Shown one piece after another: positions 38,799 through 51,769 of a stretch of 64,000 nt of DNA (the stretch's first letter is position 1; each line of letters starts with the position of its first letter). The DNA lies in NCBI GenBank assembly GCA_964016885.1, contig OZ024748.1, positions 25,172,001-25,236,000 on the forward strand, given 5' to 3'. The notes below the pieces were generated by a model that was not told the origin of the DNA, searched no databases, and saw only the letters and a program-made list of their open reading frames with translations. Source of the stretch: Eledone cirrhosa. Lineage: Eukaryota. Made by a program: the position numbers and the translations under genes.

Positions 38799-39830
38799 AT
38801 CTCTAGGTCTGTCAGAACTCTTTAGTGTGTCACCAATAATCTCTAGGTCTGTAGCAACACTTTACTATGTCACCAATAATCTCTAGGTCTGTCGCAACAC
38901 TTTACTATGTCACCAATAATCTCTAGGTCTGTCGCAACACTTTACTATGTCACCAATAATCTCTAGGTCTATCAGAACTCTTTACTATGTCACCAATAAT
39001 CTCTAGGTCTGTCGCAACACTTTACTATGTCACCAATAATCTCTAGGTCTGTAGCAACACTTTACTATGTCACCAATAATCTCTAGGTCTGTAGCAACAC
39101 TTTACTATGTCACCAATAATCTCTAGGTCTGTAGCAACACTTTACTATGTCACCAATAATCTCTAGGTGTGTCACAACACTTTACTATGTCACCAATAAT
39201 CTCTAGGTCTGTCACAACACCTTACTATGTCACCAATAATCTCTAGGTCTATCAGAACTCTTTACTATGTCACCAATAATCTCTAGGTGTGTCACAACAC
39301 TTTACTATGTCACCAATAATCTCTAGGTGTGTCACAACACTTTACTGTCACCAATAATCTCTAGGTCTGTAGCAACACTTTACTATGTCACCAATAATCT
39401 CTAGGTGTGTCACAACACTTTACTATGTCACCAATAATCTCTAGGTGTGTCACAACACTTTACTATGTCACCAATAATCTCTAGGTGTGTCACAACACTT
39501 TACTATGTCACCAATAATCTCTAGGTGTGTCACAACACTAGTATGTCACCAATAATCTCTAGGTGTGTCACAACACTAGTATGTCACCAATACTCTCTAG
39601 GTCTGTCGCAACACTTTACTATGTCACCAATAATCTCTAGGTGTGTCACAACACTAGTATGTCACCAATAATCTCTAGGTGTGTCACAACACTAGTATGT
39701 CAGCAATACTCTCTAGGTCTGTCGCAACACTAGTATGCCACTCATGGTTTTTAAGTGTGTCGCAACACTAGTGTGTTAATAATAATGTTTAGGTGTCACA
39801 ACACTAGTGTCACCAATAATCACTCGGTCT
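38799..39830. repeat. 40-bp tandem array, about 26 copies, grading into 37-bp degenerate units
   Basis: Unit caccaataatctctaggtctgtagcaacactttactatgt. Confidence 0.97.
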
Positions 39831-40215
39831 GTCACGAACTGAAGTGGAATCTGGTGAAGTTCAAGACATGTGACTCCTGACACGTGATAAGACAATTAAT
39901 TGTTTATTTACCAGTTCCGTATCGCTAACAAAACTTATGTAATGTGACACGAAAAACTCTATTTTTAATACGCGATTTGCCAGTGTAAAAGATTTGCCAG
40001 CGTTAGATAATGTAGTTTTAGATATCCCTTAAAAGTAGGAATGTCCGTGTTGGAATTATGTCTGCCCGATGAGGGGTTTTCTTTTGGGTTTATTTAGTCA
40101 TGGAAGGAAGGGTAATCAGTGTCAATGACTCTTTATTTTTTCAAAACCTGAAATTGGTGGGAAGAAGATGAGGAACTGTTCTCCTCAAACCGGATACCTG
40201 GCCAGAATGTTAGGA

Positions 40216-42348
40216 TACAATAAACTCTGGTTAAGGTACCCAAGGCCCAGACTATATTAGGGTCATCTTACAGTACAGTAAACTCTGGTTAAAGTACCCA
40301 AGGCCCAGACTATATTAGGGTCATCTTACAGTACAGTAAACTCTGGTTAAAGTACCCAAGGCCCAGACTATATTAGGGTCATCTTACAGTACAGTAAACT
40401 CTGGTTAAAGTACCCAAGGCCCAGACTATATTAGGGTCATCTTACAGTACAGTAAACTCTGGTTAAAGTACCCAAGGCCCAGACTATATTAGGGTCATCT
40501 TACAGTACAGTAAACTCTGGTTAAAGTACCCAAGGCCCAGACTATATTAGGGTCATCTTACAGTACAGTAAACTCTGGTTAAGGTACCCAAGGCCCAGAC
40601 TATATTAGGGTCATCTTACAGTACAGTAAACTCTGGTTAAAGTACCCAAGGCCCAGACTATATTCGGGTCATCTTACAGTACAGTAAACTCTGGTTAAAG
40701 TACCCAAGGCCCAGACTATATTAGGGTCATCTTACAGTACAGTAAACTCTGGTTAAAGTACCCAAGGCCCAGACTATATTCGGGTCATCTTACAGTACAG
40801 TAAACTCTGGTTAAAGTACCCAAGGCCCAGACTATATTAGGGTCATCTTACAGTACAGTAAACTCTGGTTAAAGTACCCAAGGCCCAGACTATATTCGGG
40901 TCATCTTACAGTACAGTAAACTCTGGTTAAGGTACCCAAGGCCCAGGCTATATTCGGGTCATCTTACAGTAGAGTAAACTCTGGTTAAGGTACCCAAGGC
41001 CCAGGCTATATTCGGGTCATCTTACAGTACAGTAAACTCCGGTTAAGGTACCCAAGGCCCAGACTATATTAGGGTCATCTTACAGTACAGTAAACTCTGG
41101 TTAAAGTACCCAAGGCCCAGACTATATTAGGGTCATCTTACAGTACAGTAAACTCTGGTTAAGGTCCCCAAGGCCCAGGCTATATTAGGGTCATCTTACA
41201 GTACAGTAAACTCTGGTTAAAGTACCCAAGGCCCAGACTATATTAGGGTCATCTTACAGTACAGTAAACTCTGGTTAAGGTACCCAAGGCCCAGACTATA
41301 TTAGGGTCATCTTACAGTACAGTAAACTCTGGTTAAAGTACCCAAGGCCCAGGCTATATTCGGGTCATCTTACAGTAGAGTAAACTCTGGTTAAGGTACC
41401 CAAGGCCCAGGCTATATTAGGGTCATCTTACAGTACAGTAAACTCTGGTTAAAGTACCCAAGGCCCAGACTATATTCGGGTCATCTTACAGTACAGTAAA
41501 CTCTGGTTAAAGTACCCAAGGCCCAGACTATATTAGGGTCATCTTACAGTACAGTAAACTCTGGTTAAAGTACCCAAGGCCCAGACTATATTAGGGTCAT
41601 CTTACAGTACAGTAAACTCTGGTTAAGGTACCCAAGGCCCAGACTATATTAGGGTCATCTTACAGTACAGTAAACTCTGGTTAAAGTACCCAAGGCCCAG
41701 ACTATATTCGGGTCATCTTACAGTACAGTAAACTCTGGTTAAGGTACCCAAGGCCCAGGCTATATTCGGGTCATCTTACAGTACAGTAAACTCTGGTTAA
41801 GGTACCCAAGGCCCAGGCTATATTCGGGTCATCTTACAGTACAGTAAACTCCGGTTAAGGTACCCAAGGCCCAGACTATATTAGGGTCATCTTACAGTAC
41901 AGTAAACTCTGGTTAAAGTACCCAAGGCCCAGACTATATTAGGGTCATCTTACAGTACAGTAAACTCTGGTTAAGGTCCCCAAGGCCCAGGCTATATTAG
42001 GGTCATCTTACAGTACAGTAAACTCTGGTTAAAGTACCCAAGGCCCAGACTATATTAGGGTCATCTTACAGTACAGTAAACTCTGGTTAAGGTACCCAAG
42101 GCCCAGACTATATTAGGGTCATCTTACAGTACAGTAAACTCTGGTTAAAGTACCCAAGGCCCAGGCTATATTCGGGTCATCTTACAGTAGAGTAAACTCT
42201 GGTTAAGGTACCCAAGGCCCAGGCTATATTAGGGTCATCTTACAATAAACTCTGGTTAAGGTACCCAAGGCCCAGGCTATATTCGGGTCATCTTACAGTA
42301 GAGTAAACTCTGGTTAAGGTACCCAAGGCCCAGGTTATGTTGGGGTCA
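40216..42348. repeat. 58-bp tandem array, about 37 copies
   Basis: Unit agtaaactctggttaaagtacccaaggcccagactatattagggtcatcttacagtac. Confidence 0.98.
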
Positions 42349-42379
42349 AACAGGGCAACGGATGACATCCACTAGACGA

Positions 42380-42830
42380 GAACTAGGAATGCAGAGAGCC
42401 GGAACAAATATTGCAAGGCAGATCGTCCGACCTTCTAACAATTCCGACAATTTACTGTCCTGGTACTTTATTTTATTGACTCTCCCTACCCCAAAGACAA
42501 ATTTGACCTGAGCGAGATTTAAAATCAGTGCACAGAGAGCCTGACAAATACCTGCAAATCATTTGTCCTACGCTCTAACAACTCTGCCAATTAACCGCCA
42601 CCCTTCCGAGATAAACAACAACTCGACTTCCAGGCCTATTGTAAATTAGATCTCTTTTGTGGCTTATTAAAAAAATATATATTTTTTCTTTCGGTCTGAG
42701 CAGAACTTTGTGGTATTCGTTCTAGCCCTCTCTGCTCTCTCTGAGTTCAAAACCCACCGAGGTCGGATTTGCTTTTCATTTTTCGATAAAATTATCAGTC
42801 TAGTACTGAGATTGATTTATCCTGCTCCCC
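42380..42830. mobile_element. SINE family A fragments, both orientations
   Basis: ggtactttattttattgac and tgccaattaaccgcc on minus; gagttcaaaacccaccgaggtc on plus. Confidence 0.7.
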
Positions 42831-43109
42831 CCCTCTCTCTCTCTCTCTCTCCCTATATATTTATGGATGGGCTCCAAGTTTGATGTGTGCCATGACGGCA
42901 CCCGTTCGACTCTATTAGGAGTGACGGATCTATGCATACTGAACAAAGCCATGTTGGAAGACGTTCAATGTGTGACCATCCTGTAGAGTTTTAGAGCGTA
43001 GTGTATCCAAGACATTCTTCTAGATATATAGTTAAGCGCAATTTGAGAGAGACTTAGTTGCTATTTCTAGCAATGTAGTGGCTCCCTTTCGGACTCACCC
43101 CTGGTTTTG

Positions 43110-43395
43110 TAATACGTCTAAAGTTTGTCTTGAGCCCGAAGGTTCATCAGGTCGGTGCTTATCCCGGTCTTCATGGCGTGAAGCAACTGAGAATACAAGA
43201 CTGCCCCTGGACAGGACGCCAGTCCATCGCAGGGTTAAACTCCCAACCATTGCTGGTACTCATTTTCAGCTGAGTATACTGGAATAACGTGAAATGAAGT
43301 GTTTCGCTCAAGAATATAACACGCAACCCAATCCAAGAATCGAACCCACATTATGATCGCAAGTCCAACACCCTTACCACTAGGCCACATGCTTC
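43110..43395 (-). mobile_element. CORE-like SINE, family B variant
   Basis: tgtggcctagtggtaagg...ggttcgattctt head plus CORE-like block. The tail is shared with 8760-8988. Confidence 0.78.
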
Positions 43396-43655
43396 TACTT
43401 TGTAATAAGCAGGTTGTAGAACCATTGATGTCACCCGAGTAGTGACCAGATAGAAATGTTATGAGGTAAATTTCAAACGAGATAAATATAAAAGGTTCTT
43501 GAAAATAAAGTTTATCATCTGATCAGTTACTCTGTGTTTTCACTTGTGTAATCACAGGCTCATCACACAAGTTCACTAAAGATATATACACAAAAATACG
43601 AAAGATGTGTGCCTCAACAGTGGAAATATTTACGCCATATAGAAAGAGAATAAAG

Positions 43656-43690
43656 GATCTGACGTTTCGGGTTAAACTTTTCATCAAAAT
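43656..43690 (-). ncRNA. Decayed minimal hammerhead motif
   Basis: TTGATGA aaagtttaaccc GAAACGTC agat. C3 is mutated and the stems are eroded. Confidence 0.4.
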
Positions 43691-43747
43691 AGAGTAGGAA
43701 AAGGAAAGAATAAGTGTAGGAATGATACTCAATCGATATGTATATAC

Positions 43748-43780
<33 letters not shown>

Positions 43781-43854
43781 GTAGTGTCTGTTTGTATTGA
43801 TTTGTATGAGTGTGTGTGTATGTATATTATATGAAATATAAAGAAAGCAAAGAA

Positions 43855-43904
<50 letters not shown>

Positions 43905-43935
43905 GGTGTTAGATTTTCATTACACTTATTGAGGT

Positions 43936-44018
43936 GTAACGCGCGTTTTGCGATTGATAAGCTCATGGTTAAATCTGTATCGATCGGGCCCAACTCTGGA
44001 ATCAAAAGGTCATCGGAC
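43936..44018 (-). ncRNA. Decayed hammerhead motif
   Basis: gt CCGATGA...AAAA cgcgcg TT ac, with a palindromic stem III (acgcgcgt) and two core mutations. Confidence 0.35.
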
Positions 44019-44460
44019 TTCTGTTATGGTTATGACAGAATATATATATATATGTGTGTATGTGTGTATGTGTGTAACATTTAATAAAAGTTACAAAGCA
44101 TTTGAAAGTTGAAAATTTAGGCGCCACAATGCAGACAAAAATTATGATTGATAACTATAAATGATCGTTCACTAAAACGGGTAAAATACCCCGGGAGACG
44201 GGGAGAAAATGTGGACAGAGACATCTACGTTCGCTTGAAATAGAAGAGGTGCGTGGTTCGTTTCCCTGCCTCTGGCCACATTTTTCCCTCGTCACCAAGA
44301 GTACTTTGATTTATTCAACTATTATGTTGTGATCATTTGCACAGAAGCGAAAACCAACGAAACAGTGAGTGTGTTCTGTTATTATTTCTGGCAATATTAT
44401 TACAATAATATGACCCTCCCCAATTATAACAATATATATATACACACATATGTATGTATG

Positions 44461-44494
<34 letters not shown>

Positions 44495-44507
44495 TGTATG
44501 TATGTAT

Positions 44508-44908
44508 GACCCCTTAGCCTTTGTCAAGGCAGAATTCTAGGAGAAGGAAAACTCTGATATAACACCTGCAACTCTGATGGTATCCGATGATGTTGACTTG
44601 TTCTTCTTTTTGGTAAATATCATCTTGGTTAAGAGAGTGGGACTGGCTTTGTGCAGTGCCTTTGCTCACTATAAAAGCTTCACCGCACAGGCATTGCTTT
44701 ATATCTGGAGATCTCTCTGCACTTGTCGCCACATGGTGCCATGGGCCCAGAACTATGTGTCAATAATTGTCACAAGTGTAGTGTTTGCCCCAGAGTTTTC
44801 AAGTCGCTGGCTGGACTAAAAAGTCACACGCGTTCAGCGTATCGGTAGGAGTTCTCCTACATGGATATAAAGTAGTGGTCGTACTCGAAAACGAGTTGGC
44901 AGCCACCA
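44508..44908 (+). mobile_element. Non-autonomous retroelement (possibly RTE-derived) inserted in (TATG)n
   Basis: A 400-bp GC-richer island with (ATGT)n on both sides. It contains ctaggagaaggaaaactctga, which resembles RTE 5'-UTR sequence (recalled, unverified). Confidence 0.45.
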
Positions 44909-45041
44909 TGTATGTATGTATGTATGTATGTATGTATGTATGTGGAATAGATGTCACTAGTTAAGTCAAGCAGTACCATTATTCAACTTAGTAGTACTGT
45001 ATGTACATAAGAAAAGTAGAAAGTCCTTATAATAAAATATA

Positions 45042-45117
<76 letters not shown>

Positions 45118-45564
45118 CTCTTACCTTGAAGAATTTTGATGCAAATCGTGTAAAGAATATAATCCGTTTCTCTGTATGTGCGTGGTTGTGTAACAATGAC
45201 ACCACCACCACCACAACAACAACAACAACAAACCGCAAAGGTAAAGTAAGGTAAGAAGTTAGATGGTTCTACTCCGGTTTGAACAGTTCTTCAAGGCATT
45301 ACCAGACTGCTTCAGGCTGAGAAAGAAGTGGAGTTGTAGACTTGTCTAGTAAAGAAATTCTTTCCCCTCCTCGAAAACAAGTGTTGTAGATGAGGGGGAA
45401 GAAAATGAGGTGTTGTGGTGAGCTGTGATTGGGGGTGGGGGGGGGAAGTGAGAGAGAGCGAAGGAGGAGGAGGAGGAGGATGAAGTAGTGAAGGAGAGGA
45501 GGAGGAGGAGGAAATGGTAAGAGAAAGAGAAGCAGTGACAAACCAACTTGGGTGAAGTTTCTTT

Positions 45565-45850
45565 CACTTTCGTATATATATACACACACGCTCATATACA
45601 CTTTCGTATATATACACATGCAATTGTGTATGTGTGTGTGTATATATATATATATACGTGTGTATATATATACACACACGCTCATATACACTTTCGTATA
45701 TATACACATGCAATTGTGTATGTGTATATATATATATATATATATATACGTGTGTATATATATACACACACGCTCATATACACTTTCGTATATATACACA
45801 TGCAATTGTGTATGTGTGTGTGTGTATATATATATATACGTGTGTATATA
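45565..45850. repeat. Compound microsatellite unit of about 90 bp, 3 copies
   Basis: cacgctcatatacactttcgtatatatacacatgcaattgtgtatg is repeated. Confidence 0.85.
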
Positions 45851-46206
45851 TATATATATACGTGTGTATATATATACACACACGTATATATATATATATA
45901 CGCCCACATATACACACATACACTTTTGTATGCACATACATACGCTCATATACACACCTGCGTACATATACACACGCGCACACACACAGTATACATATAT
46001 CACACGCACACACTCAAACGTTCGTATGCACTCACACACACATAACACAGCACACATACAATACAAACCAGCACTCAGAAAACACACATACACTCATTCT
46101 TCTTTCTAATAGCTTCGTTCAGCTGTTTTAAACAATATAAGCAAAACACATGCGTACACATAGATATGTGTACATGCACATATATATATGCAAACACGAC
46201 ACACAG

Positions 46207-46261
<55 letters not shown>

Positions 46262-46540
46262 TACACTCACACACTCAAACACCATGGGAACCAGGTAGAG
46301 TTTTATGTGGTAAATGAAACTATCAAGAGAGAGATCGAGAAAAGTGGCGGGGGCGCGAGCCTGTGTGTGAAAGAGAGAGAGGGGGGGGTGCGAGTGAGTG
46401 TGCGACTGCATTTGTGTATGTGTGCATATGTGTGAGTGGTTGCATATGTTAGTGCGTATCTGTGGAGAAGGGGGAGATAAATAGGAGAGTATGTACAAAC
46501 TGCTAAGCAGATTAGAAAGTACAGTTCATACGTGTTATTC

Positions 46541-46594
<54 letters not shown>

Positions 46595-46715
46595 CTCTCT
46601 CTCCCCACACACATATATATGTATTACATATATCTTCTTATACTGGTTTCAGTCATTAGAATGTGGCCATGCTGGAGCACCATCTAGATTTAGTCTATGA
46701 TTTCAATTCCTGTGA

Positions 46716-46870
46716 AGGCGTCGGATTGGCAGAGTCGTTAGAACGTCAGATAGAGTGAGTGCCTTGTGGTATTCGGTCCGGCTCCCAGAGTTCAAATCCT
46801 GCCGAGGTCAACTTTGCCTTTCATTCTTTCGAGGTCGATAAAAAAAGTACCAGTTTAGTACTGGGGATGA
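46716..46870 (+). mobile_element. SINE family A
   Basis: ggattggcagagtcgttagaacgtc...gagttcaaatcctgccgaggtcaactttgcctttcattctttcgaggtcgataaaaaaagtaccagt. Confidence 0.85.
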
Positions 46871-47085
46871 TTATTCCTACTCTCTCTCTCTCTCTCTCTC
46901 TCTCTCACTTTCTATCCTTCTCTAGAAATAATCTGCTGTACTCAGACCAAGAAACGCCGTATGCCAATACGGTGCTCCTACGACTCCATCGAGAGTTTCG
47001 GGGCCATACTTTATTTATCGATCACTTTTTGTCGAACAGGTAAGTTACAGGGCTAAACAGAAACACTGGCATGCACATAGACATT

Positions 47086-49803
47086 ATATCATCATCATCA
47101 TCATCATCATCAACGTTTAACGTCCGTGTTCCACGCTTGCATGGGTTTGGACGGGGGTATTCCCACTTGAGGCAAGAGTGATTGTCTTGCTCGCATAGGA
47201 CTGTCTGGCAGGTTTTCTACAGCTGGATGCCCTTCCTAACACCAACCACATTTACAGTGTGGGGCTGGGAGGTTTTTACCGTGTTGCCTACACGGCCACA
47301 TTACAGCGTGGACTGTGTGTTTTTGTCGTGACACCTACACGATCTCATTTGTTTCGGCCTGGATGGCGTGGCACCGACATAACTTTACATAGAAGGGGGT
47401 GGTGTGGATGGGGTGGGGGTGGTGGGACGGGGTGTATTTTGTTAGAGATGCCTACTGGCTGTAGTAGGTTTTACTATGTATTTAGGTAAGGCGGGTCTTC
47501 TCTGATACTGAGTACCGCCAAAGGTCTCGGTCCAGTGACATTGTCTTGGAGAGGTGTAAGTGTGTGAGGTCGGAGTTTATCAGCTCGTCCCAGGTTTTCT
47601 AGGTCTGCCTATTCCGTGGCTACCGTCTATCTTTATTGCCCTGCACTTTGTTATACAGCTATCGACTTTCATGCGCATCACGTGTCCATACCAACGTAGC
47701 CTTCTCTCGAGTAAACAACATCTGATCCCTCTTATTTCTAATTTTTTCCTTAGTTCGTTTATGCTTTGCCGTTCACGTATATTACTGTTACACATCCAGC
47801 GGAGCATGCAAGCTTCGTTCCTCTCTAGTCTGCGTATATCCTCTGCACACAATGCCCAGGTCTCACTGCCATGCAACATTGCTGTTCGTAAGCAGGCATC
47901 ATACAACCTGCCTTTCATTTTTAGGGAGAACCCTTTAGCAGCTAATAGTGGTATAAGTTCTCTGAACTTTTTCCATCCAGTTCTGACTCTAGCTACTGTA
48001 CTTTCTGAGCACCCTCCCCCACTGCTGATTTTATCACCCAGGTAACGGAAGCTGTCCACTATTTCTATAGAGCCCTCTGCGCAGTTGTAAGAGCTAGTAT
48101 TTTGTGGGCACTTGCTGCTACTTATTGCACCAGAGCACCGGCCACATGTAAAATCTATGTTCTTAGTTAGCTTACCTGTGATCCCACTACATCTTTTATG
48201 CACCCATACTTTGCATTTGGGACATAAAATGGAGTTTCTACCTACGCCTTTCCTACACACTGAGCATGGCCATTTCCCAGAAGGGACCGCCGCCTTATTT
48301 TCTTTCCTACAAACTAGAACTTTAGTCTTAGCCAGGTTAATTTTAAGTCCTTTTGATTCTAGGCCATGCTTCCATGTTTGGAATTTCTTCTCTAGCTCGG
48401 CCATTGATTCAGCTATGAGTGTCAGGTCGTCTGCGTATAGGAGTTCCCATGGGCAGCCGGTCTTGAACTCCTCTGTTATAGCCTGAAGGGCAATAATAAA
48501 TAGTAGGGGGCTGAGAACAGAGCCCTGATGGACGCCAACTTTTACGCTAAACTCTTCACTATGTTCGTTGTTAATTCTAACCTTGCTGACTGTTTCTTTA
48601 TACATGGCTTGTATCGCTCTCACAAGCCATTCGTCAACACCTAGTTTTCTAAGAGCCCACCAGATAATGGAGCGGGGGACTCTGTCGAAGGCTTTCTCCA
48701 AGTCGACAAAAGCTAAGTTGAGGGGTTTACCTTTAGCTAGGTACTTCTCCTGTAGTTGACGTACAATGAAAAGAGCGTCTGTGGTACTTTTGCCTGACAC
48801 AAACCCGAACTGCATTTCATCTAGGTCAATTCTCTCTCTGATTAGTTGCGCTATTACTTTTTCCGTGACCTTCATGACCTGGTCGATTAATTTAATGCCT
48901 CTATAGTTACTCCTATCTAGGCCATCTCCTTTACCCTTATAACAGTTAACGATGATGCTGCTATGCCAGTCCTTCGGAACAACCCCATTCTGTACGACTT
49001 GGTTAACTATGCGAGTGACCATGGTGTGTCCCACCGTGCCAGATGCCTTCAGCATCTCAGCGACTATTTCCGAAGGCCCAGCCGCCTTACCCGTCTTCAT
49101 ATCCTTGATTGCCTTACTTATTATACTCCCCTCGACTAACACTGCTGGTCCCTCTATTGGGTCGATGTGGGGGAGACTGTCTTTCTCCCATTTATTCTCC
49201 TCATTTAGTAGCCTTTCATAGTGACACTTCCAAGCTACCTTCTTATCAGCGTCGGTGATGGCAAGTACGCCGTCATCATTAAGTACACACTTCTCCCCGA
49301 CAATATCACGGTTTTGCTTGACACATTGCCTAGCAATCCTGAACACCTCACGTTTTTGGTCCTCGCGTTGTAGAACATGCTTGAACTTTCTTTCCTCTGC
49401 TTCCCTTCTTGCGAAGTACACTTGTCTCCTAGCTTCCCTCCTGGCCACTTGATAGTCTTCTCTACTTCCCCCATTCCGCCATACTTTCCAAGCCTGCTTT
49501 TTGACCTTAATTGACTCCTCCACCTTACTGTTCCACCACCATGTTACTCTCCTCCTGCCTGCTGGCCTGCTCCAGCCACAGACTTCGTCTGTCGCCATCA
49601 GCAGGTTTGCTTTCAGAAATTCCCACTGTCCCTCTATATTGTCCGACTTTAAATGCTCTTCCTTACTGTCGAAAGCATCAAGTAATATGCTTTGAAATTT
49701 ATTTCTGGCTGTGGGGTCCTTTAGCTTTCATATTTTTCTCCTGAGGATAATCCTCTTCTGCTGTCGAGTACGTCTCGTCCTGACTATGAGGTCGCTAATT
49801 ATC
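47086..49803 (-). mobile_element. RTE-clade non-LTR retrotransposon, 5'-truncated, with a (TGA)n 3' tail
   Basis: Contains a 672-aa RT ORF, a 3' UTR and an (ATC)n tract at 47086-47112. The 5' end breaks off at about the end of the endonuclease region, next to (TA)n. Confidence 0.93.
47482..49800 (-). pseudogene. RTE reverse transcriptase ORF, nearly intact
   Basis: Motifs KGKGD..NYRGI, QFGF, AFVDLEKAFD, GVHQGSVLSP, LLYADD and RRLRWYGHV. Only two lesions are visible: an in-frame TGA at 49728-49730 and one missing A near 47595 (GRPRK/TWDE). Restoring the A extends the ORF to TAA at 47482. Confidence 0.9.
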
Positions 49804-50035
49804 ATATATATATATATATAATTAAATTAATTTTTTATTTCTCGCCTTAGTACAGCTGATACATAAATGTAAGTATGCACACGTACACACACATATATAT
49901 ATTTATACATACATACACACACAGATATGTATATGTGTATGTACATTCACACATACATACATATATGTGCGTATATATATATGTGTGTGTGCATATATAT
50001 ATGTGCATACTTACATTTATATATATATATATATC

Positions 50036-50218
50036 ATTGTTTCTACTTTAGGCACAAGGCCAGAAATTACCCAGTAGATTACTGGTACTTTATTTTATCG
50101 ACCCCGTAAGGATGAAAGGCAAAATTAACCTCGGCGGGATTTGAACTCAGACCGTAAAGGGACGTAACTATGCTGGAAAGCATAGCGTCCGACTCTCTAC
50201 CGATACTGCCAATCCACC
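50036..50218 (-). mobile_element. SINE family A, full-length copy
   Basis: Highly similar to the copies at 50595-51192. Confidence 0.9.
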
Positions 50219-50594
50219 AATGTCTATAAATAGTTCTGTATAAGCAAGACATTGTCACCAAAACAGGACAACTCGTCTAACCCATGCTATATATATCGCC
50301 TTAGCAAAGTCCTCTAATAGTATCCAACAAAAGTTACTTTAAATACAATTTAGAAAACTAGTCACAAACATCACTTACTTCAACAGTATATGTTGCTGCT
50401 ACTGTGCTGATGGTGGTGGTGGTGGTGTGAGGATTTAGTGGTAGTGGGGTGTATGAGTTAGTGGTAGTGGTGGGGTGTATGAGTTAGTGGTAGTGGGGAT
50501 GGTGGATGTGTGGGTTAGTGATAATGATGGTGTTGATGATGATAGTGATAACGGTGGTGGTGGCAGTAGTGATGGAGTTGAATATCATAGTAAT

Positions 50595-51192
50595 AATTGT
50601 TTCTACTTTAGGCACAAGGCCAGCAATTACCAGTGCATTACTGGTACTTTATTTTATCGACCCCGTAAGGATGAAAGGCAAAGTCAACCTCGGCGGGATT
50701 TGAACTCAGATGGTAAAGGGACGTAACTATGCTGGAAAGCATGGCGTCCGACCCTCTACCGATACTGCCAATCCACCGCCCTTATATCATAGTAATAATG
50801 GTTTATTATATAGGCACACGGCCAGCAATTTGGGGGAAGTCGATTAAATCGACCCAGTGTATTACTGGTACTTTATTTTATCGACCCCGTAAGGATGAAA
50901 GGCAAAGTAAACCTCGGCGGGATTTGAACTCAGATCGTAAAGGGATGTAACTATGCTGGAAAGCATGGCGTCCGACCCTCTACCGATACTACCACTAGTA
51001 ATAATTGTTTCTACTTTTAGCACAAAGCCAGCAATTATCTCAGTGTATTACTGGTACTTTATTTTATCGACCCCGTAAGGATGAAAAGCAAAGTAAACCT
51101 CGGCGGGATTTGAACTCAGATCGTAAAAGGCCGTAACTCTTTGCTGCAAAGCAAGGCGTCCGACCCTCTACCGATACTTCCAATCCACCGCC
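50595..51192 (-). mobile_element. SINE family A, head-to-tail trimer
   Basis: Three copies of about 190 bp, separated only by short tagtaataat linkers. Confidence 0.9.
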
Positions 51193-51769
51193 CTTCCAAT
51201 CTAGTAATAATGATGGTTGCTGTGGTATAGTTTTACTACAAATGTTGCTCTTACTCATGAGCTTTTGCCCTTTTTTTTATTTTTTTTATTTGGAGCTACC
51301 ACATTGACTAATGTAAATACTAGCAAACAATCTAGTACCCACCAGCACCGCCACCAGTTACAGCAATTCAGGTTGCCTGAAGCTGATCTGGGCCCTAGAA
51401 ACTGATCTCTGATCTCAGACAAACAACAACAACCCGAGAGCAACTCATGCAAGAAGATATATTTAAAGAACAACAAACTAATTGAAGTTTTATTATTAAT
51501 TTATTTATTGGAGGAACACAGTTGACACTGTGATGTCCCCCTCCTCTAACTTCCTGCTTTTATGGTTGAAAGATGTTTATTTTTAATTATTTATATTTAT
51601 CACAAAAATTGTCAACATAATTTCATCATAATCTTTGTTAAGTTATGTCCCAAATCTCAACTTTAGCATTTAAACCGGCCATATCCGACCAGAATTCTCT
51701 TTCTGTTCAAACCGGCTGTAACTAGCCGCTCATACTGATGTTAAGGTATCCTTCTCAAAATAAATAATA

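Noticed and set aside
40060-40165. Hammerhead-like CCGATGA...GAAA
   Set aside because: The core is mutated, position 17 would be G and stem I does not pair convincingly.
38799-42348. 40-bp and 58-bp arrays as CRISPR arrays
   Set aside because: They are head-to-tail units without unique spacers.
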